Below, piece by piece: positions 25,704 through 33,844 of a DNA stretch of 34,969 nt. Each line of letters begins with the position of its first letter. Position 1 is the first letter of the stretch. The stretch comes from Candidatus Methylomirabilis sp. (lineage in GTDB: Bacteria; Methylomirabilota; Methylomirabilia; Methylomirabilales; Methylomirabilaceae). The notes beneath the pieces are model-generated. The model did not search any database. It was not told the origin of the DNA and saw nothing but the letters and a program-made list of their open reading frames with translations. The position numbers were made by a program, and so were the translations under genes. The DNA lies in contig JBGQJI010000007.1 in NCBI GenBank assembly GCA_041498975.1, positions 1 to 34,969 on the forward strand, written 5' to 3'.

Positions 25704-26261
25704 GTGCTCAAGGAGATCCAAGCCAGGGCCGAGAAGGAGATGCGGAGGGCCATCGAGGTCACCATCAAGGGGTTCAACGGCGTCCGCACCGGGCGGGCGT
25801 CGCTGGCCTTGCTCGATGGGCTGATGGTGGAGGCCTACGGGTCTGCCGTCCCCATCAATCAAGTCGCAACGATGGCGGTGCCCGAGACGCGGCTGATCAC
25901 GGTGCAGCCCTGGGATGCCTCGCTGCTCCCTGCCATCGAGCGGGCAATCCTCAAGTCGGATCTCGGTGTGACCCCGTCCAACGACGGCAAGGTCGTCCGG
26001 ATTCCGATCCCGCCTCTGACCGAAGAGCGGCGCAAGGAGCTGGGCAAGGTGGTCCGAAAGATCGCCGAGGAGGGGCGGGTGGCGATCCGCAACGCACGCC
26101 GGGATGTGAACGAGTGGCTGAAGCGAAAGGAGCGGGAGAAGGAGGCTTCGGAGGATGAGGTCAAGAAGGGCTTGGACCTCGTCCAGGGGCTGACAAATCG
26201 ATTCATCAATGAGATCGACGAGGTACTGGCCAAGAAGGAAAAGGAGATCATGGAATTCTAG
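25704..26261 (+). CDS. frr: Ribosome recycling factor
   Basis: VRTGRAS, QPWD, PSNDG, PPLTEERRKEL, AIRNARRD, KKEKEIMEF. Confidence 0.97.
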   Translation: MLKEIQARAEKEMRRAIEVTIKGFNGVRTGRASLALLDGLMVEAYGSAVPINQVATMAVPETRLITVQPWDASLLPAIERAILKSDLGVTPSNDGKVVRIPIPPLTEERRKELGKVVRKIAEEGRVAIRNARRDVNEWLKRKEREKEASEDEVKKGLDLVQGLTNRFINEIDEVLAKKEKEIMEF

Positions 26262-26393
26262 GGTCCGATCGGCGGGCTCGGTCCACCCACGTGCCGGGAA
26301 TCATGTCCCGGCATTCGCGATTCGATTGATGCTCCCGCCTGCCGGGGCCGCGTGGCGAACGGGAGGGCGAGCACGGGCGTTCGAGGTCGGTGG

Positions 26394-27197
26394 ATGCACG
26401 TAAAAAGGGTTCTCAGCGCCATCGCCTTCCTCCCACCCTTTGTTTTGCTGGTCCAGTTTGGAACCCCCCTTCATTTCTTTCTGCTTATCAGTGTCGCAAT
26501 CCTGGTCGGCCTACACGAGTTCTACGCGATGGCGGCAGCCGGCGGTTTCCATCCCCTGGCGCCCTTGGGGATGGCAGGCGGCCTCATGCTGGCCTCCTTG
26601 CAGTTCGGCGGGGCGGCGGCGCCCTGGCTGACATCGGCCCTGGCGGGCTCTGTCGTCGTGCTGCTCAGCAGCCTGCTTTTGGGAAGCAAGGGCCCCAAGG
26701 AAGCCGCCTCGCGAGGGGCGATCACGCTGCTTGGGATGATCTACGTCGCCGGCCTGCTGAGCTTCCCTGCGCTTCTGCGGTCCCTGCCATTGGGCAGGAC
26801 TTATGTCTTTTACCTGGCCCTGGTCACATGGGCTGGCGATGTGGGATCATTCTACGCGGGCACGACGTTCGGGAGGAGGTTGCTCTATCCCTCCATCAGC
26901 CCGCGCAAGACCGTCGAAGGCAGCCTGGGCGGGCTGCTCTGTTGCGCCCTGGCATCCATCATGGCGAAGCTCTGGTTCTGGGGGGGGCTTGGCGCGATAC
27001 AGAGCTTGGCCCTTGGAGTCGGTCTGGGGATCATGGGCCAGGTGGGAGATCTGTGTGAATCGATGCTCAAGCGAAGTTTCGGTGTGAAGGACGCTGGCAC
27101 ACTGATACCGGGCCACGGCGGTGTGCTGGACCGAGTTGATAGCCTTCTCTTCTCCGGACCGGTTCTCTATGTCGCGGTCCTGGCGGGGTGGCTATGA
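26394..27197 (+). CDS. cdsA: Phosphatidate cytidylyltransferase
   Basis: ISPRKTVEG, GDLCESMLKRSFGVKDAGTLIPGHGGVLDRVDS; GAGG RBS before ATG 26394. Confidence 0.95.
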   Translation: MHVKRVLSAIAFLPPFVLLVQFGTPLHFFLLISVAILVGLHEFYAMAAAGGFHPLAPLGMAGGLMLASLQFGGAAAPWLTSALAGSVVVLLSSLLLGSKGPKEAASRGAITLLGMIYVAGLLSFPALLRSLPLGRTYVFYLALVTWAGDVGSFYAGTTFGRRLLYPSISPRKTVEGSLGGLLCCALASIMAKLWFWGGLGAIQSLALGVGLGIMGQVGDLCESMLKRSFGVKDAGTLIPGHGGVLDRVDSLLFSGPVLYVAVLAGWL

Positions 27198-28807
27198 ATC
27201 CGGTCGGGCAGCGCCACGCTGACCAGGGGCGCGCGGGAGCGCTTTGGGACCTCAGGGCCGCCCTGCTCGCTGCAGCGTCAGGGGGGCTCCTCGTCCTGGC
27301 CTTCCCAACGCCCGATATGGGTGGGCTGGCGTTTGTCGCCCTTGTCCCGCTGCTGCTGGCCATTCGCGGCGAAGCTCCCGCCCGGGCCTTCTGCTGGGGA
27401 ACGATTACGGGACTGCTCTTCTACCTCTGGAGCATCTCGTGGGTGACCCGGACGATGACCACGTACGGTGGGCTGTCGGTCCCCGTCAGCGGCCTTGTCC
27501 TCCTGGCTCTGGCGGGGTATCTCGCGCTCTACATAGGGCTGTTCTGTTACGGCACCTCCTTCCTCGCGGGCGCCGGCTGGCTAATCGACGTGCTGGCTCC
27601 GCCGGCGTTGTGGGTCGCGCTGGAATACCTTCGGACCTACGCGTTGACCGGTTTTCCCTGGGCCTTGCTTGGATACACGCAATACCGGAGCGTATCTCTC
27701 CTGTCTATCGCGTCCGTTACCGGCGTCTATGGTCTCTCCTTTCTCGTGGTCCTTGTCAACGCTGCCCTGGCGCGGGTGGCTGCGACTGCTGAAGCCCGTG
27801 CCAGGACCGTCGGGCTTGCAGGCGCGATTATCCTGACCCTCTTCTGCTCCGCGAGGCTTCTCTCGCCGTCTTCAGCGCCTGCGGATTCAAGACAGGAGCT
27901 TGAGGTCGCCCTCGTGCAAGGCAATATCGATCAGTCGCTGAAGTGGGATCCGGCGATGCAGGCCAAGACCATCGAACTGTATCGCCGTCTCAGTCTGGAG
28001 GCGGCGAAGGGGTCCCCGGCCCTCATCGTGTGGCCCGAGACCGCCGTTCCGTTCTTCCTCCGGTATGAACCCGCGCTCCGGGGGCGCGTCATGGACATCG
28101 CTGCCGAAACCGGCAGCTACCTGTTGGTGGGCAGCCCCGACATCGAGCCGTCCGGGACAGGCTCCGAAGGTAGCCGCTACCGCAACAGCGCATTCATGAT
28201 CTCTCCACATCGTGAACTCCTTGGCAGGTACGACAAGATCCACATGGTTCCCTTTGGGGAGTACGTCCCGCTCAAATCGGTCCTCTTTTTCGTGCAGAAG
28301 CTGGCGTACGGGATCGGCGATTTCGAAGGCGGGCGGACCTACACGATCTTCGATCTCCCCCGTGGCCGCTTCGGAGCGACCATTTGCTACGAGGTGATCT
28401 TTCCGGATCAAGTCCGGCGCTACGTGAAAGAGGGGGCTGACTTCCTGGTCAATATCACGAATGACGCCTGGTTCGGCCGGTCGGCCGCCCCTGCCCAGCA
28501 TCTGGCGATGGCCGCCCTTCGGGCCGCCGAGAACAACCGCTACCTGATCCGTGCGGCGAACACCGGCATTTCCGCTATCGTTGACCCTGGCGGCCGGATC
28601 CTTCAGGCATCCGATCTGTTTGTCCCGACTGTCGTTTCGGGTCGGATTCGTCGGGAACAGGGGGAAACGTTTTATACCCGTTACGGCGACCTCTTCGCCT
28701 GGTCATGTGTCGCACTCGTTGTCGCAGTATTCATGGCGAGATGGGCCTGGAATCCCGCTCGCATCTCATCGTCACCTGCCCCCGTTTCGCAGAGGAGGAC
28801 GCGATGA
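27194..28807 (+). CDS. lnt: Apolipoprotein N-acyltransferase
   Basis: GFPW, VQGNI, WPETA, YDKIHMVPFGEY, ICYEVIFP, TNDAWFG, RAANTGISA; ATGA overlap with cdsA. Confidence 0.96.
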   Translation: MNPVGQRHADQGRAGALWDLRAALLAAASGGLLVLAFPTPDMGGLAFVALVPLLLAIRGEAPARAFCWGTITGLLFYLWSISWVTRTMTTYGGLSVPVSGLVLLALAGYLALYIGLFCYGTSFLAGAGWLIDVLAPPALWVALEYLRTYALTGFPWALLGYTQYRSVSLLSIASVTGVYGLSFLVVLVNAALARVAATAEARARTVGLAGAIILTLFCSARLLSPSSAPADSRQELEVALVQGNIDQSLKWDPAMQAKTIELYRRLSLEAAKGSPALIVWPETAVPFFLRYEPALRGRVMDIAAETGSYLLVGSPDIEPSGTGSEGSRYRNSAFMISPHRELLGRYDKIHMVPFGEYVPLKSVLFFVQKLAYGIGDFEGGRTYTIFDLPRGRFGATICYEVIFPDQVRRYVKEGADFLVNITNDAWFGRSAAPAQHLAMAALRAAENNRYLIRAANTGISAIVDPGGRILQASDLFVPTVVSGRIRREQGETFYTRYGDLFAWSCVALVVAVFMARWAWNPARISSSPAPVSQRRTR

Positions 28808-29920
28808 TCCCTGATTTCGCACGCATGCTCGATGGTCTGAAGGACAAGCTCCTGGGCCTTCGGGTCTACCTTTGACCTGGAGGCAAAGCAGTCACGCCTG
28901 AAAGCGATCGAGGAGCTGCTCCACTCACAGGATTTCTGGGCCGATCCTGCTCGCGCTCGAGATATCTTGAAGGAGCAACGTGCGCTGAAGGAGGTCGTCG
29001 ATCAACCGGAGACCCTGGGACGCGAGATCGAGGATCTCCAGGTCCTCCTCGAGCTCCTGCGAGAAGAGGAGGACCAGCAAGCCCTGGGAGAGATGGAGAG
29101 CTCGCTTCAGAAGCTGGAGGGACAGCTTGCAGAGCTCGAGCTCACGACGGTCCTTGCCGGAGAGTACGATCGGGGCAACGCCATCCTCTCCATCAATCCC
29201 GGCGCCGGCGGCACCGAGTCCCAGGACTGGGCGCAGATGTTGTTGCGGATGTACCTGCGCTGGGCGGAGGGCAAGGGCTATCGCGCAGAAGTGATCGACC
29301 TGCTTGCTGCCGAAGAGGCCGGGATCAAGAGCGCCACGGTAACAGTCAGCGGCCCATACGCCTACGGCCGACTGAAAGCCGAAATGGGCGTCCACCGTCT
29401 TGTTCGAATCTCCCCATTCGACGCTTCTCACCGCCGGCACACCTCCTTCGCGTCGGTCTTCGTCTACCCAGAGATCGATGAAGAGATCGAGGTCGCCATC
29501 GACGAGAAAGACCTCCGCGTCGATACCTTCCGCTCCAGCGGCGCGGGTGGACAGCATGTCAACGTCACCGACTCGGCGGTGCGGATCACCCACCTCCCGA
29601 CGAACATCGTCGTCTCCTGCCAGAACGAGCGGTCGCAGCACAAGAACCGGGCCATGGCCATGAAGGTCCTTCGCGCCAGGCTGTACGACCACTATCGGCG
29701 GGAGCAAGACAAGGAGATGGCCAAGCTCGAAGGCGAAAAGAAGGACATCGCGTGGGGCAGCCAGATCCGCTCCTATGTCCTCGCCCCCTACCAGCTTGTG
29801 AAGGACCACCGGACCGGCCTGGAGACCGGCAACGTGGAGAAGGTACTTGACGGCGAGATCGAACCATTCATCGACGCCTTTCTGCTGAAAGGGCAGAAGG
29901 CGCCCGGTGCCGCGAAATGA
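28804..29920 (+). CDS. prfB: Peptide chain release factor 2, translated via a programmed +1 frameshift at 28870-28876
   Basis: MIPDF...RVYL then CTT TGA C; the +1 frame continues DLEAKQ...DFWAD; GAGGTESQDW, SPF and GGQ motifs. Confidence 0.97.
28870..28876 (+). other. prfB +1 frameshift site CTTTGAC
   Basis: In-frame CTT-TGA-C after codon 22. Confidence 0.95.
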
Positions 29921-30068
29921 GATCTGGGGCATCCTTGATAGTCAAAGGTTAGAGCAGCTTTACGAAAATAGACCGTAAGAACCGGAGCAGTAGACTTAAT
30001 AGTTGGACGGAGCAAAGCCTCGGAGGCATAGTTGGTGCAGCAGGGGACTATCAAAGGAGGCGAATCCG

Positions 30069-30389
30069 ATGGCAAACGAGTTCACGGCGGTCATCGAGCA
30101 CGACGGCGAGCAGTTCCTCGCCTATCGCCAGGAGATTCCAGGCGCGAACGGCCAAGGCAGGACGAAAGAGGAGGCCCTCGAGAGCTTGTCGGAGGCGATC
30201 GCACTGATTCTAGATGACCGGAGGGAAGACGGGATGCGGGGGCTCCCGGCTGCATGGGACCCACGACTTACGGGCTCCCCGAATCAGCACGGGGCTTCTT
30301 GGTCGAACGTGGCTTGGTGTGACTTGGAACGACGCCTAACCGGCCGCTTCAACGGCCCCGCTGCGCAGGCCGCTGAGCGGCGACGTTAG
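30069..30389 (+). pseudogene. hicB: HicB-family antitoxin N-terminal domain with a non-homologous tail reading through attC (probably chimeric)
   Basis: AAGGAGG RBS; NEFTAVIEHDGEQFLAY..EIPGANGQGRTKEEALESLSEAIALIL; similarity ends after GMRGLP; the stop lies inside the attC R' box; no hicA adjacent. Confidence 0.7.
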
Positions 30390-30391
30390 GC
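30334..30391 (+). mobile_element. Integron attC recombination site
   Basis: R'' GCCTAAC, 5 nt, L'' GCT[T]CAAC, GGCC..GGCC central stem, L' GCTGAGC, 6 nt, R' GTTAGGC; 58 bp; R''/R' are perfect complements. Confidence 0.85.
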
Positions 30392-30444
30392 CCCTGCGGA
30401 AGCCCTAGTAGAAAGATGTGAAGATAAATAGAGGATAAGGTGTC

Positions 30445-31935
30445 ATGGTTTCTCCAGCGAAAATCCTTGTTATTGGGCTGGACTCTGCGGACCCAGACCT
30501 ATTGTCGGAGTGGTGTGACTCCGGTGATCTGCCCGTGTTACAGTCGTTTAGAAAGAAGGCGGTGGAGGGAAAACTTATGAGTCCGCCCGCTATGGGGGAT
30601 GATGCAACTTGGGCATCATTCTACACGGCTGTATCCCCTGCGCGGCATGGTCGATATTTCTTGAAGTACCTTCAGAGCGGCTCTTATATTACGCCCAACT
30701 TCCGCGACGAACACCTCAAGCACGAGCCGTTTTGGAACTTGCTGAGTCGCGCCGGCCGGAAAGTAGGCATTATCGACGTGCCCAAGTGCCCCTTGTCGAG
30801 GAATTTGAACGGGTTCCAGTTGGCTGACTGGCTGGTGCATGGTCGTGATCACAACACGTGCAGTTGGCCGCCGGATCTCGCATCGACCATCCTCACTGGT
30901 TTTGGCGATGACGGAACTGATCGTTGGCAATCCGATGAATACCTGTGTCGCATGAATGCCTTATCGGAGGATAAGTATGAGGTGTTTCTCCAACGGTTAC
31001 TGGCCAGCATAGGGAGGAAACTGGCCGTCACTGCCCAATTTCTGGGTCAGGGAGGCTGGGACCTTTTCTTGGCTGTGTTTAAGGAAAGTCACTGTGTGGG
31101 TCATCAATTCTGGCATCTGCTGGATGAGTTGCATCCTCGGTATAATGCTGCGCTTGCGAGGGAACTCGGCAACCCGATCAAGAGAGTGTATCAGGCTCTT
31201 GATGCCGCTATCGGAAAACTGTTGAGGCTTGTCGGAACAGAAACTAGTGTGATTATCTTCTCCGATCTCGGAATGGGGCCGAATTACACAGGCGAGTCGT
31301 TATTGGATGAGATCCTGTTTCGTCTGGAAAGTCCGGTGTCGCCGAGATGGCAGACCCTGCACCAGACTGGCAAGCGACTGGCCCGGAAGATTCGTGGAAG
31401 GCTTCTTAGGAATCGCGGGCTGTACCTTCAAGCCCACCGTCACGCTTTCCAATTGGACCACACTGAGATAAGCGGGGCCATTCGAGTCAATCTAAAAGGT
31501 CGCGAGCCCGCTGGGCGCATTCGACCGGGGAAAGAACTAGAAGAATTCTACGCAAGCTTAAGCCGGGATCTGCTTGATCTGATCAATCCAGATACGGGTA
31601 AACCCATCGTTGAGCAGGTGTTAAGAACTGATGTCCTATTAAATGGCGAACACCGAGACTGTCTGCCCGATCTTTTCGTCGTATGGAGGCGCGATGCTCC
31701 GATAACGGCGGCAGCGTCTCCGAAGATCGGAGAACTCCGAATAAGGACTCCGGAGTATCGAACCGGCAGCCATGTCGGGGACGGTATTTACTTTGGTTAC
31801 GGCCCCTCTGTCACTGTGGGAAGGCAGCCCTGTCCAGCATCTATCATGGATGTCGGGCCCACGATTGCGGCCTTGTTGAACACACCACTCCCTGACACGG
31901 ACGGAAAGCCCATAGCCGCTCTTTGTGTACGGTAG
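30445..31935 (+). CDS. Alkaline phosphatase superfamily / type I phosphodiesterase-nucleotide pyrophosphatase family protein (gene cassette ORF)
   Basis: ILVIGLDSAD, W.SF.T...P.RHG, ESHCVGHQFWH, IIFSDLGMG, VNLKGREPAG, GSH..DG, MDVGPTI...DG; visibly more AT-rich than the flanks; lies between two attC-like sites. Confidence 0.85.
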   Translation: MVSPAKILVIGLDSADPDLLSEWCDSGDLPVLQSFRKKAVEGKLMSPPAMGDDATWASFYTAVSPARHGRYFLKYLQSGSYITPNFRDEHLKHEPFWNLLSRAGRKVGIIDVPKCPLSRNLNGFQLADWLVHGRDHNTCSWPPDLASTILTGFGDDGTDRWQSDEYLCRMNALSEDKYEVFLQRLLASIGRKLAVTAQFLGQGGWDLFLAVFKESHCVGHQFWHLLDELHPRYNAALARELGNPIKRVYQALDAAIGKLLRLVGTETSVIIFSDLGMGPNYTGESLLDEILFRLESPVSPRWQTLHQTGKRLARKIRGRLLRNRGLYLQAHRHAFQLDHTEISGAIRVNLKGREPAGRIRPGKELEEFYASLSRDLLDLINPDTGKPIVEQVLRTDVLLNGEHRDCLPDLFVVWRRDAPITAAASPKIGELRIRTPEYRTGSHVGDGIYFGYGPSVTVGRQPCPASIMDVGPTIAALLNTPLPDTDGKPIAALCVR

Positions 31936-31939
31936 CAAC

Positions 31940-31996
31940 CGGGAACATCCGCATGCAGCTAGCGGCGGTGCGCTCTGCAGCTGATGCCTGAGCCGT
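31940..31996 (+). mobile_element. Degenerate or interrupted attC site
   Basis: Starts 4 nt after the stop codon: GGGAAC-ATCCG-CAT[G]CAGC...GCTGATG-CCTGAGCC-GT; L''/L' pair with one extrahelical base; R' ends after GT. Confidence 0.65.
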
Positions 31997-32062
31997 GTGT
32001 GCCGGGCATGTCTTGGTGCTCGGAGGTGCAAGTCCTTCTCTCATCCTAAGCGGAGCGGGAAA
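31997..32062 (+). mobile_element. Probable 5' remnant of a group IIC intron
   Basis: GTGTG (GUGYG) followed by CCGGGCATG...GGAGGTGCAAGTCCTTC; the arrangement resembles class C intron 5' ends; no RT ORF or domain V follows. Confidence 0.5.
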
Positions 32063-32157
32063 TAGATGGCACCTACGCCCGCGCCGCCTAGTTCGCGGGG
32101 AAGGCCCTCTCGCTTGCAGGAATATCGGCAACCGCTCGGCCCTCCCCGCGGGCCCTA

Positions 32158-32200
32158 CCGAGAGGGGCGGGCGGCCGCCCCTCGTCGGACTCTCCCCCGG
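32158..32200. repeat. GC-rich palindromic REP-like unit
   Basis: ccgagaggggcgg-gcgg-ccgcccctcgtcggactctcccc. Confidence 0.5.
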
Positions 32201-32282
32201 ACTGTGCGGCCTGGGCTTAAGTGTCGCCTCATTCATGCTCCGCACAGTAACGGCAAAAAGTGAGGGCGGGTCTGAAGCTTCC

Positions 32283-32311
32283 TTGACAGTCACCAAGCCG
32301 CTTCCTATAAT
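32283..32311 (+). promoter_or_regulatory. Consensus sigma70 promoter for lysS
   Basis: TTGACA-N17-TATAAT. Confidence 0.85.
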
Positions 32312-32338
32312 CGAGCGAACTCCACAACTGGAGGCTCG

Positions 32339-33844
32339 GTGGAAGAGCAGAGTCCGTTAGTCAGCGAACGGTTACGGAAACTGGCGGAGCTGGAAGGGGC
32401 GGGCGTGGATCCGTATCCGGCCCGTTTCGATGTCCGGCACCTCGCGGCAGACCTTCATCGGGAGCATGCGGGCCTCTCTGAAGAAGGGGGCGCCGCCACC
32501 GTCCAGGTGGCGGTCGCCGGGCGCCTGATGTCCCTGCGAGGCCATGGCAAAGTGACCTTCGGCCACCTCCAGGACACCTCCGGGAGGATTCAGATCTATC
32601 TCGCGCGGGATGTGGTCGGTCCCGAGACGTACGAATTCTGCAAGAAGCTGGATGTCGGCGACCACCTTGGGGTGGAAGGGGCTTTGTTCCGTACGAAGAC
32701 GGGGGAGCTCACCGTACGAGTGCAGAAGGTCCAGCTCCTCTCGAAGTCTCTCCGGCCCCTTCCGGAAAAATGGCATGGACTGACCGACCCGGAGACGCGT
32801 TTTCGCCAGCGCTATCTCGACCTGATCGTGAACCGCCAGGTCGCGGATGCCTTCAGGAAACGCAGCCGCTTGATCACCGAGATCCGCCGCTTCTTTGACT
32901 CGAGAGGGTTTCTCGAGGTGGAAACGCCGATGATGCAGCCGATGGCTGGCGGCGCCATGGCTCGCCCCTTTGTCACTCATCACAATGCCCTGCACCTCAC
33001 CCTGTACCTTCGGATCGCGCCCGAACTCTACCTGAAACGGCTGGTGGTCGGGGGATTCGACAGAGTCTTCGAGATCAACCGGAGCTTCAGGAACGAAGGG
33101 ATCTCCACGCAGCACAACCCGGAGTTCACGATGTTGGAGTTCTACCAGGCCTACGCCGATTACCGGGATTTGATGGCGCTGACGGAGGAGTTGCTCCCTC
33201 ACCTGGCCAAGGAGGTGACGGGAGACCAGGTCGTCACCTATAAGGGGCAGAGGATCTCCTTCGCTCCGCCGTGGCCGAGACTGACACTGGGGGAGGCCCT
33301 CGTGACACTCGCCGGTCTCGATGCCGAGGCGCTGAGGACGGAGGATGGCGTCAGGGAGATCGCCCGGCATCACGGGCTGACCATCCTGCCGGCATGGGGC
33401 AGGGGAAAGCTGCTGGGCGAACTGTTCGACGCGCTGGTGGAGCCGAAGCTTCAACAGCCCATCTTTATCATCGACTTTCCCACCGAGCTTTCCCCCCTGG
33501 CTAAGGCAAAACGGGACGATCCCGAGACCGTCCAGCGCTTCGAATTGTTCGCCGGCGGAATGGAGATCGCGAACGCCTACTCTGAACTGAACGATCCGCG
33601 GGAGCAGCGTGGCCGCTTTCTCGACCAGTTACGTCGCCGCGATCAGGGCGATCTCGACACCCATGCCATGGATGAGGATTTCCTGCGCGCGTTGGAGTAC
33701 GGCATGCCGCCCGCGGCGGGAGAGGGGATCGGGATCGACCGGCTCGCCATGTTGCTGACCGACTCCTCATCCATCCGGGACGTCATCCTCTTCCCGCTCC
33801 TGAAACCGGCGCAGGGCGAGCAGGGCGCTGCCGATGCCGTTTGA
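32339..33844 (+). CDS. lysS: Lysyl-tRNA synthetase (class II)
   Basis: [62 protein letters not shown]. Confidence 0.98.
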   Translation: MEEQSPLVSERLRKLAELEGAGVDPYPARFDVRHLAADLHREHAGLSEEGGAATVQVAVAGRLMSLRGHGKVTFGHLQDTSGRIQIYLARDVVGPETYEFCKKLDVGDHLGVEGALFRTKTGELTVRVQKVQLLSKSLRPLPEKWHGLTDPETRFRQRYLDLIVNRQVADAFRKRSRLITEIRRFFDSRGFLEVETPMMQPMAGGAMARPFVTHHNALHLTLYLRIAPELYLKRLVVGGFDRVFEINRSFRNEGISTQHNPEFTMLEFYQAYADYRDLMALTEELLPHLAKEVTGDQVVTYKGQRISFAPPWPRLTLGEALVTLAGLDAEALRTEDGVREIARHHGLTILPAWGRGKLLGELFDALVEPKLQQPIFIIDFPTELSPLAKAKRDDPETVQRFELFAGGMEIANAYSELNDPREQRGRFLDQLRRRDQGDLDTHAMDEDFLRALEYGMPPAAGEGIGIDRLAMLLTDSSSIRDVILFPLLKPAQGEQGAADAV

